DNA of 64,000 nt from an uncultured bacterium. Lineage in GTDB: Bacteria > Armatimonadota > Hebobacteria > CAIYQO01. Each line of letters starts with the position of its first letter. Positions within the stretch are counted from its first letter, which is position 1. A program made the position numbers and the translations under genes. Location: contig CAYYJR010000011.1 of the NCBI GenBank assembly GCA_964472305.1, positions 547-64,546 on the forward strand. The letters run 5' to 3'. Below the pieces are notes generated by a model. That model worked only from the letters and a program-made list of their open reading frames with translations, was not told the origin of the DNA and made no database searches. Shown here piece after piece: positions 49,207 to 57,147 of the stretch.

Positions 49207-52200
49207 ATGGGGAAGGAGGCTTCGGTGAAACGAATGGGATGGCTCAGTGTGCTGATGATCGTGCTGGCGGGCATGTGCTGGAGCGTCGCGACGGCGCAGT
49301 TCGCCTGGGATCCCCAGGAATTTATGGGGATCGATGAGATCAGACCAGGCATGACCGGATACGGCAAAACGGTTTTCGAAGGCACCAAGGTCGACAAATT
49401 CGACATCGAAGTGATCGGTGTACTGAAGAAGATCGATTTCGGCTTCGACATGATCCTGATTAAAGTGACCAGCGGGCCCGTTATCGATCGGAAGCTGCAA
49501 ACCGTCTCCGGGATGAGCGGCAGTCCCATCTATATCGAAGATCGGCTGATCGGCGCGTATGCGTATGGTTGGGAGTTCCAGCAGGAAGCGATCGCCGGTG
49601 TCACCCCCATCGCGGCGATGATGGAATGTAGCCAGCCCGGTTCGACAGCGCCGCAGCTCATCGGCAGCCTGGTACCGCGCAACCGCGTGCTGCATATCGG
49701 CAAGCACATGATTACCCGCGTCGAGGTGGTGTCCAACCCCTCGGAAGCGCGGCAGTTGCAGGCGAAAGCTGATCCGACTACCATGGTGCTGGCGCCGGTC
49801 GCCACCCCGGTGTTTGTGAGCGGCATGTCCGAAAAGGCGCTGCCGTCGCTGCAGAAAATCTTCGATCGATATAATCTGCGCGCGTTGCCGGGCGCGGGTC
49901 CGATGGACGGTCCCGCTCCGCCACTGGAAGCGGGTTCCGCTGCCGCCGTGTCGCTGATGGAAGGCGACGCTAACATGAGCGCGGTCGGCACTGTCACCTA
50001 CGTGAAGGGTGACACCGTGCTCGTATTCGGGCATCCGTTCCTCGGGGTTGGGAAGATCGACCTGCCGCTTTCCGCGGCGTACGTGCATGGGATTATCAGC
50101 AGCAGTGCCTCATCATTTAAACTCGCCTCGCCACTTGGCGAGGTGGGCGCCGTCACCTCGGACCGCGCCTTTGCCGTCGCCGGCATTCTCGGGCGCAAGG
50201 CGGAGGTGCTGCCGGCTACGCTGTATCTGAACGATCCCACGCGCAAGTTCACCCGGCGCTATCAGGCCAATCTGATGAGTGACCCCAACTTCACCCCCGC
50301 GCTGCTCTATATGTGGATCATCTATAACGGCGCGCAGCAGATGGGCGATCTCATGGGTGACGAGGGAACCTTTGTCGGGCGCATGCTGCTCAATACGGAT
50401 ACACTGGGCAGCATCGATCAAACCATCGCCGTCTGCCCGCAAATGAGCAGCACCTTCTTTCCGTTCAGTGAGTATTATGAGCTAGCCGACCTGTTAATGA
50501 AGAATCCGTATGAACCGGTGAAACTGAAGGAGATCTTCATCGACCTGAAATATACTCCCGAGCGCAATGTCGCGGTCATCGAAAAGGTTACACCGGACCG
50601 TCCGATCGCCCGTCCGGGCGATATTGTCAACCTGTCGGTGAACATTCGACCGTATGGCAAACCACTGGAAACGCGCACCGTGTCGGTGAAGGTGCCCGAG
50701 CGGGCGACTGAACCGGTGATGCTGGTGGTGGTAGCCGGCGGCACGATGGCCCCGTTTGTCAAACCATTGCTCAGTCCGGAGCCAACGTCGGAAGAAGGAT
50801 TGAAAGGAGTGGTGCGCTGGCTCACTAATAATCCGTCCAACCAGAGCCTGCTGACCGTGAAAATATTACCGTCACCCAGTTATGGGTATCGCGCGCACCT
50901 CTTGCGTGATGTGCCGTTGCCCGTGCTGGATCTGCTGCGGTTTGCCGAGACGGGCATCACGCCCCAAACCCGCAGCACAGGCGATTCCGGCGAGAATGCG
51001 CGAGAGGGGCAGAGCGGCGGCTTTGGCGGTAATGTTCAGCCCACCGCGTATATGACAATTGAAGATGTGCCATATTCGCTGGGCGGCGGTCAGATTATCT
51101 CCATCGCCATCGATACCGAGGAACGGGCGCTGCAGTCGCGACGCGGCCCCTTCGACTTCGGCATGCAGTTGCCGGTCCTGAGCTCGTCGCTCAACCCGGG
51201 GCGTGAAGCTCCTGAAGAAGGCAACGGTCCACCGTCGGGCAAAGATGAGATCGCCATGTATTCATCGTTGTTAACCCCACAGCAGAGGGCACGATTCGCG
51301 ATGATGCAGGAAATGTTCAAAGTGCCGACGGCACCGGTGACGCGAATGACGTTGCCCACCCTGACGGGACGCACGCTGGGTCGCGCCGAGTTGCTCTCAC
51401 GCGCCCTGTTGGCCAATCCACGTGCCGGCGAGGATGCAGAAATTGACGCCCAACCACCGGGCGATGGCGAAAAAAGTGAAGCCGGTCTGAAAGACGCGGA
51501 AACCGATGAGAATGGGCAGGCGCAGGAAGAGGATAATCCCGACGCTGACAATGCCAAGGAGCCTGGTTATGGCGAGTTGAAGTCGCTGCTCACCCGCAAG
51601 CAGATGAGTTGGGGCTTGACAGGACGGCGCGATTTCTTGCGCGGCAAGCATCTCGGCACCGGCGTTACCTCGCGCGGCAACCTGGTGCTGGTGCCCGCCG
51701 TGCGCTCGATCTACCAGACAAACAAGCTCATTCCCTGGAAGATCATCACCACAGCCAACGGCACCTACCTGTCCGGTTGGGGCAGCAGCAACATCGTGAA
51801 ATTCACCGCCGAGGGGAAGAGCGAAACCTTCTTCCCGAAGGTCGCATTGACCACGCCCGTGGAAGCGGTGACCGCCCTGGCCAGCGATGCCGACGGCAAC
51901 CTGCTCATCGGCACCTGGCCTGATCAGCGCGTCCGCCTGGTGGATACGACGGGTACGGTGAAACGTGAATGGGTACTGCCCGGCGGATCCATCTGGGATC
52001 TGGCTGTCACAAAGAACGGCAATCGGTATGCCGCTTGCGATGAAGGAATGGTCTATCTCCTGCGCGACCAGGCAGATGTGCCGCTGCAGGTGGCCTGCAC
52101 GGTGCCCGATAAACAGGTCTTTGTGTTGTCCGCCGCCGCTAACGGCGACCTGCTGATGGCTACCTCGCCGCGTGGCAAGGTGTATCGCCTGAAGGCTGTA

Positions 52201-53943
52201 GACGGGCAACTGAATTCGGTGTATGAGGCGCAAGGTGCGGTGACCAGCCTGACCACTGATGCGCAGGGGAACGTTTACGTGGGCACCTCGCCGCTGTGCC
52301 AGGTGTTCCGCATCAGCCCGGACGGCACCCAGCAGGAGATTATGCGCGGCATGGGCCGCGGCAATCGCCATGTGCTGTCGTTGCAAATGGTCGGCGATGA
52401 CCTGTACGCCGCCACCGGACCGGCCGGCGGCATCTACCGCATCAGCCAACCGACCAGCATGGAAGCAGAAGTCACCGCCGTCTTCGCTCGTGAAGACGCG
52501 CGGACCGGCGGTGAAGTTGATTCGGCCGGCTCTCCCGATGGCGTCGGCCCCGAATCGGTCATGGTGAATGCGCTGACGGTGAATGCCCGTGGCGAACTGC
52601 TGGCAGCGGCTTCCACGCCCGGTCAGGTGCTGAAGCTGGAAAACCGTACACAGGGCGCCTTCCTTTCCACCGTACTGCAGACCCCGGTGGTCGCACGTTG
52701 GGGACATTTCGACCTTCATGGCAATTTCGGTGAGGGCCAGACACTGGTGGTCGACAGCCGCAGTGGCAGCACCGCGGTGCCAGATAATACCTGGAGCCAG
52801 TGGACGGAAATCAGCAGTGACTGGTCGGAACTCACCAGTCCGCCGGCGCCGTTTGTGCAGTTCCGCGTGCGCATGTCCGGCGCGACGTCCCCATCGCTCG
52901 CCTATGCCCGCTTGTTCTACCAACCATCCAACCAGGCGCCGAAAATTCGCCTGCTGCAACCGCGCCCCGGCCAGTATTGGAGTGGAATGAAATCAATCCG
53001 CTGGGAAGCAATGGACCCAGATGGCGACACCCTGGTCTTCAACGTCTCAACCTCGCGCAATAACGGGAAGACGTGGTCGCTGATGGTGCGGACGCCCGAC
53101 GCGCCCCAACCGGAAGCCGCGCCGAAAGAGAACACAGCTGAACCGGCGGATAAAAAAGCCGATGAATCACAGACGCCGAAAGCCGATGCCGTTGCAAAAC
53201 CGGCGAAGTCCGGCAAGGAGAAGGTAAAAGGCGAGAAACCCGGGAAACCTGCGAAGGATCAGGTAGAAGTGTCGAAAGTGGTGGATCCGGTCAAAGGCAC
53301 ATCGACCGATACCAAACCCACGGCGGAAACGCCCAAACCGGAGGAGAAACCTGCGGTGAAATCGAGAAGATCCGATTCTGAACTGGCTGAATCCACTATG
53401 CCGTGGGATACCAAATCCACGCCGGATGGTCTTTACCTGCTGAAGATCGAAGCGTCGGATAAATACGCGAAACCCACCGATCCGAAGAGTGCGGTAGTCA
53501 TCTCCGGCGCCGTGATGATCGACAACACGCCGCCGTCCATCGCGCTGGACGATAAAGTCTATGGATGGGACGGTCTGAAGCGCATTGTCCTCACGGATAA
53601 CCTGACGGCACTGATGGGTGGCAAATACCGCATCGAGGATGGTCCGTGGACCGCGCTGGTCGCGGAAGACGGCATGTTCAATGCTCGTCAGGAAGCTGCG
53701 TTGCTGGTAACCCCCACCGGTGATGTCGCACTCACCAAGGGTGAATATAAAGTCGAACTCCAGGCGTTCGATTCCGCCGGCAATATGCTTGATCGCACGA
53801 TCACCGTACTGGTCGGCATTCAACCCCCACGTCCCCCGGCTAGTTTGGACGTACCGCCGGTGGGGGAGGCCAAAATCGGCGATATCAACCTCACCGAGCA
53901 TGAACGCCGGCTGGCTGAGATCCTGTTGCGCGGCCTGGAATAA
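49207..53943 (+). CDS. Giant secreted multidomain protein: SpoIVB-like (S55) serine-peptidase motifs, low-complexity linkers, Reg_prop-type beta-propeller, Ig/FN3-like domains
   Basis: Signal peptide KRMGWLSVLMIVLAGMCWSVATAQFA. Residues ~50-170 match the Ser half of SpoIVB (DKFDIEVIGV...MILIKVTSGPVIDRKLQTVSGMSGSPIYIEDRLIGAYAYGW). The His-half-like segment (AVGTVTYVKGDTVLVFGHPF...VHGIISSSASSFKLASP) comes later. Acidic/Pro-rich and Lys/Pro-rich linkers separate repeats DADGNLLIGT, AANGDLLMAT, DAQGNVYVGT. Start ATG 49207 or GTG 49225. Terminator follows at 53969. Confidence 0.6.
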   Translation: MGKEASVKRMGWLSVLMIVLAGMCWSVATAQFAWDPQEFMGIDEIRPGMTGYGKTVFEGTKVDKFDIEVIGVLKKIDFGFDMILIKVTSGPVIDRKLQTVSGMSGSPIYIEDRLIGAYAYGWEFQQEAIAGVTPIAAMMECSQPGSTAPQLIGSLVPRNRVLHIGKHMITRVEVVSNPSEARQLQAKADPTTMVLAPVATPVFVSGMSEKALPSLQKIFDRYNLRALPGAGPMDGPAPPLEAGSAAAVSLMEGDANMSAVGTVTYVKGDTVLVFGHPFLGVGKIDLPLSAAYVHGIISSSASSFKLASPLGEVGAVTSDRAFAVAGILGRKAEVLPATLYLNDPTRKFTRRYQANLMSDPNFTPALLYMWIIYNGAQQMGDLMGDEGTFVGRMLLNTDTLGSIDQTIAVCPQMSSTFFPFSEYYELADLLMKNPYEPVKLKEIFIDLKYTPERNVAVIEKVTPDRPIARPGDIVNLSVNIRPYGKPLETRTVSVKVPERATEPVMLVVVAGGTMAPFVKPLLSPEPTSEEGLKGVVRWLTNNPSNQSLLTVKILPSPSYGYRAHLLRDVPLPVLDLLRFAETGITPQTRSTGDSGENAREGQSGGFGGNVQPTAYMTIEDVPYSLGGGQIISIAIDTEERALQSRRGPFDFGMQLPVLSSSLNPGREAPEEGNGPPSGKDEIAMYSSLLTPQQRARFAMMQEMFKVPTAPVTRMTLPTLTGRTLGRAELLSRALLANPRAGEDAEIDAQPPGDGEKSEAGLKDAETDENGQAQEEDNPDADNAKEPGYGELKSLLTRKQMSWGLTGRRDFLRGKHLGTGVTSRGNLVLVPAVRSIYQTNKLIPWKIITTANGTYLSGWGSSNIVKFTAEGKSETFFPKVALTTPVEAVTALASDADGNLLIGTWPDQRVRLVDTTGTVKREWVLPGGSIWDLAVTKNGNRYAACDEGMVYLLRDQADVPLQVACTVPDKQVFVLSAAANGDLLMATSPRGKVYRLKAVDGQLNSVYEAQGAVTSLTTDAQGNVYVGTSPLCQVFRISPDGTQQEIMRGMGRGNRHVLSLQMVGDDLYAATGPAGGIYRISQPTSMEAEVTAVFAREDARTGGEVDSAGSPDGVGPESVMVNALTVNARGELLAAASTPGQVLKLENRTQGAFLSTVLQTPVVARWGHFDLHGNFGEGQTLVVDSRSGSTAVPDNTWSQWTEISSDWSELTSPPAPFVQFRVRMSGATSPSLAYARLFYQPSNQAPKIRLLQPRPGQYWSGMKSIRWEAMDPDGDTLVFNVSTSRNNGKTWSLMVRTPDAPQPEAAPKENTAEPADKKADESQTPKADAVAKPAKSGKEKVKGEKPGKPAKDQVEVSKVVDPVKGTSTDTKPTAETPKPEEKPAVKSRRSDSELAESTMPWDTKSTPDGLYLLKIEASDKYAKPTDPKSAVVISGAVMIDNTPPSIALDDKVYGWDGLKRIVLTDNLTALMGGKYRIEDGPWTALVAEDGMFNARQEAALLVTPTGDVALTKGEYKVELQAFDSAGNMLDRTITVLVGIQPPRPPASLDVPPVGEAKIGDINLTEHERRLAEILLRGLE

Positions 53944-53968
53944 TCATACTCGCTTCCCGAAACAGTCA

Positions 53969-54006
53969 CGCCGCCCTCGCCTATTGGCGAGGGCGGCGTT
54001 GTATTG
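53969..54006. terminator. Bidirectional intrinsic terminator between the giant-protein gene (+) and the GAF-GGDEF gene (-)
   Basis: CGCCGCCCTCGCC-TATT-GGCGAGGGCGGCG is a perfect 13-bp stem followed by TTGTATTG. Confidence 0.65.
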
Positions 54007-54057
54007 CGGAAGATTGACGCATGGTGAGTGAAACTGGCAATGTATGATGCCCGAGGA

Positions 54058-55353
54058 TTATTCTTCTTCCTCCATCGTCTCCAGTGCTTCATCCCAGTCG
54101 AAAATGATCTGGTTGCCGCCGATGTGCTGTGCTTGCGACACACACTGGCTGGCCTTGAGCGTCAACTGCTCGACGGTGGTCACGCGTACGGACAGGCAGG
54201 CAACGCCAATGCTGACGGAGAAATGTCCCAGGCCTTGTGCATTCTGGATGGTCAATGCCGAGATGCGCTCGCGCAGGCGCTCCGCTACCACCACCGCGCC
54301 GATGCCCGGCGTCGACGGCAGCAGCACCCAGAACTCCTCATCGGTATATCGCGCAGCCATATCGCGCGCGCGCACGCAGCCTTGAATCTCCTGGGCGATG
54401 CGCGCCAATACCTCGTCGCCAAAGTTGACGCCGAAGTTCTGGTTCATGGATTGCAGATGGTCAGCGGTGACAATCAGCAGCGACAGGTGACCACCGGTCT
54501 GAATGGCTTCAGTCACGTACCGCTGGATTTCGTCGAGAAAGTGCTGCTTGTTCGATAGTCCGAGTTCGGGATCAGTCGTGCTATTGGGATCAAATCGCCC
54601 CTTCAATGACGCGAGCTGGCGCGCGGTAGTGTCCAGTGTGGTCTGCAGCCGCATCTCGCGCAGACGCGCGGCTAGCAGTTGCCCGACCAGGCGCAAAGTT
54701 TCCAACTCCACCGATTGGAGTGATCGACCTTCGATGTCAGCGAGTACGATGGCGCCCATTGGCGTGGCGTGGGCCGCCAGCGGCGCCAGGATCAACGTGC
54801 GCGCCGTGTGACTCTGTTCGGCGCTGCCGTCTTCCGCGGGCGGCAACTGCCGATCGAAATCGGTAATCACCCGCACGTCGCTGGCGCCTTTGCGCATTAA
54901 GTGGGTTACCAGCGCAATCACCCGTTGCAGCGGAAAAACCTCTTCCTCATCCGACATGATGAGCGCCATGGAGGAGAGCACTTTGCCGTCGTGCAGCAGA
55001 ATAGTGCCGTATTCCATACCGTAGGTTTCGGCCAGACGTCCGATGGCATATTCCAGCAATTCGCTCTCCTGGCGCAGGCGCAGCATGGTGGAACCGACTT
55101 CACGGGTGAAATGCAGCAGTTTACTCGCCAGGATCTGCGTATCGTCATGTTGTTGCTCGGTAGTTGAATTAGCCATAAAAGAATACCATTCACGGAATAA
55201 TTGTCGCGCCATCGAGGCATGCGCGGTTGCATCGACATCCGAGCGGCGAGCGCATTTGACACCCGCCGAAGAGACCGGCAAAATATAGTCTTCAAGGAGA
55301 TCATCGGATTGCCGGCGAAAAGACTTAACCAACTTATTCCAGCGCGCGAGCAA
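54058..55353 (-). CDS. GAF-domain protein with degenerate GGDEF domain (RYTDEEF), likely non-catalytic
   Basis: N-terminal GAF-like regions. The C-terminal GGDEF fold (LIVTADHLQSMNQNFG, GDEVLARIAQ) has TDEEF in place of GG(D/E)EF and an RARD I-site 5 residues upstream. Confidence 0.6.
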   Translation of the reverse strand: MLARWNKLVKSFRRQSDDLLEDYILPVSSAGVKCARRSDVDATAHASMARQLFREWYSFMANSTTEQQHDDTQILASKLLHFTREVGSTMLRLRQESELLEYAIGRLAETYGMEYGTILLHDGKVLSSMALIMSDEEEVFPLQRVIALVTHLMRKGASDVRVITDFDRQLPPAEDGSAEQSHTARTLILAPLAAHATPMGAIVLADIEGRSLQSVELETLRLVGQLLAARLREMRLQTTLDTTARQLASLKGRFDPNSTTDPELGLSNKQHFLDEIQRYVTEAIQTGGHLSLLIVTADHLQSMNQNFGVNFGDEVLARIAQEIQGCVRARDMAARYTDEEFWVLLPSTPGIGAVVVAERLRERISALTIQNAQGLGHFSVSIGVACLSVRVTTVEQLTLKASQCVSQAQHIGGNQIIFDWDEALETMEEEE

Positions 55354-55387
55354 TTTTCCTCCTGAAAGAGAGAAGTGGGGAACGAAG

Positions 55388-56806
55388 ATGAAGCAATGCC
55401 CTGAATGCGGTGCCGACTACGACGTCACCGATGTGATTTGCGTCGCCTGCGGCGCCGATCTTCCCGCGCCATACGAGAAGTACGGCGATGACGACGCCGA
55501 GGTTACCCAGGCTGAGTCCGGTGTGATCAGTGTCCTGGGTGATGCTGATCCGGCGGTGTTGGCCGTACTCGGCGCGCCCGCGGTAGACCTGGCTGCGCTG
55601 ACGGCTAACCTGCGCTCAGATCAGCTCACCATCCTCTCCGGCGCCACCATCTTTGTGGGTGAGCACGTGGTGGAAGCCGGTACGGTCGGCATTGCCGGCG
55701 ATCGCATCATTGCCGTACTCGACACCGCCATTCCCAATCCGGGCGACGGCTCGCAATTCATCGATCTGCGCGGTCTGGTGCTCGCGCCGGGCTTCATCGA
55801 GTTGCACTCGCACGGGATGATGGGCATCGATACGAACTCGGCCGGTATGGATGATTTCCTGCGCATCTCCACCGAGGCCGCCAGGCATGGGCTGACCGGC
55901 ATCACTCCCACCACGGTGGCCTGTTCAGCAGAACAACTGCGTTCAGTGCTGCAGAATTTGCGCGACGCCCGCGCGGCGGGTATGCATGGCACGCGCCTGC
56001 TGGGCGTGCACATGGAGAGCAACTTCATCAGCATGGCCAAGAAAGGCGCGCAACCGCCCGACCAGATTTTCTCGCCTGACGATCCACGCGCGCAGGAAAT
56101 CCTTGACCTGATTGACGCCTATCAGGACGAGGTGCGTATCGTCACATTGGCACCCGAGCTGTCCGGCGCACTCGAACTGATCGGCTGGTTGCGCGAGCGC
56201 AACATCTTCGTCTCGCTGGGCCACTCCACGGCGAACTACGACCAGGCCATTGCCGGCTTCGACGCCGGCGCCACCATGGCGACGCACCTCTTCAACGCCA
56301 TGTCGCCACTCGCGCATCGCGAGCCCGGGCTGGTGGGCGCGGCGCTGGAGCGTGACGATGTCTACACCGAAATGGTCTGCGACGGCGTGCATATCCACCC
56401 CTCGGTCATCTCCACCGTCATCTCCGCCAAAGGCAGCGAGCGCTTTATTCCGGTATCCGACAGTCTGCAGGGCGCGGGACTGGGCGAAGGTGACGAGTTC
56501 TTCCTCGGCGGTCAGCACGTCACCGTGCGCGACGGCGTCGCCCGCCTGGACAGCGGCACCATCGCCGGCAGCGTGGTCACCATGGATAAGATCGTGCAGA
56601 TGTTCATCGAGACGCTGAGTTGGGACCTGGGCGAGGCGCTGACGATGGCCTCCACCACGCCCGCCGACGCGCTGGAACTCACCCACGTCGGCCGCATCCT
56701 CCCTGGCGCCATTGCCGACCTGGTGGTGCTCGACGCCGATCTCAGCGTTGTGATGACCTTCGTTGGCGGCCGGGTGGTGTATCAGCGAGACGCGCAGACG
56801 GTGTGA
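55388..56806 (+). CDS. nagA: N-acetylglucosamine-6-phosphate deacetylase with N-terminal zinc-ribbon extension
   Basis: N-terminus MKQCPECGADYDVTDVICVACGADLP, then amidohydrolase motifs GFIELHSHG, HLFNAMSPLAHREPGLVGAAL, ICDGVHIHP (NagA metal and substrate ligands). Confidence 0.75.
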   Translation: MKQCPECGADYDVTDVICVACGADLPAPYEKYGDDDAEVTQAESGVISVLGDADPAVLAVLGAPAVDLAALTANLRSDQLTILSGATIFVGEHVVEAGTVGIAGDRIIAVLDTAIPNPGDGSQFIDLRGLVLAPGFIELHSHGMMGIDTNSAGMDDFLRISTEAARHGLTGITPTTVACSAEQLRSVLQNLRDARAAGMHGTRLLGVHMESNFISMAKKGAQPPDQIFSPDDPRAQEILDLIDAYQDEVRIVTLAPELSGALELIGWLRERNIFVSLGHSTANYDQAIAGFDAGATMATHLFNAMSPLAHREPGLVGAALERDDVYTEMVCDGVHIHPSVISTVISAKGSERFIPVSDSLQGAGLGEGDEFFLGGQHVTVRDGVARLDSGTIAGSVVTMDKIVQMFIETLSWDLGEALTMASTTPADALELTHVGRILPGAIADLVVLDADLSVVMTFVGGRVVYQRDAQTV

Positions 56807-56863
56807 TCACCCACTGGGGGCGCCAGCATCCTGCTGGCCTCGTAGCAGTCGGTCGATGAGAAC

Positions 56864-56910
56864 GCAACAGCAACGCGCGTGAGAGTACCTCTCTCGCGCG
56901 TTGCTGTTGC
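56864..56910. terminator. Long perfect hairpin between convergent nagA (+) and GH3 (-) genes; possible bidirectional terminator or structured element
   Basis: GCAACAGCAACGCGCG-t-GAGAG-TACCT-CTCTC-GCGCGTTGCTGTTGC gives a 16-bp outer stem plus a 5-bp inner stem. It is followed by GAAAAAG on the plus strand and has no canonical U-tract on either side. Confidence 0.45.
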
Positions 56911-57147
56911 GAAAAAGTGATATATTTGCTTCACGAAAGACGCTTTTGGTGGACACGAAGCCGTGCTTCATCGCACTTAATTAGAATTTCGTCGGCGTGT
57001 TCTACGGATGATGTCATCATCTGGCAGTTGACTGGGATATCAAAGCGAATGCCCGGTCCGGTGGTTGGGCAGCCTATGGATGGCTGTTTCGCAACCACCA
57101 GGCGACGACTCGATGGAACTGTTCCCCGCGTCGCAGTTACATCCCCG

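Noticed and set aside
51397-52959. 520-aa minus-strand ORF inside the giant-protein gene
   Set aside because: Antisense to a region with clear repeat/propeller structure on the plus strand. Arg/Gly/Ala-rich artefact.
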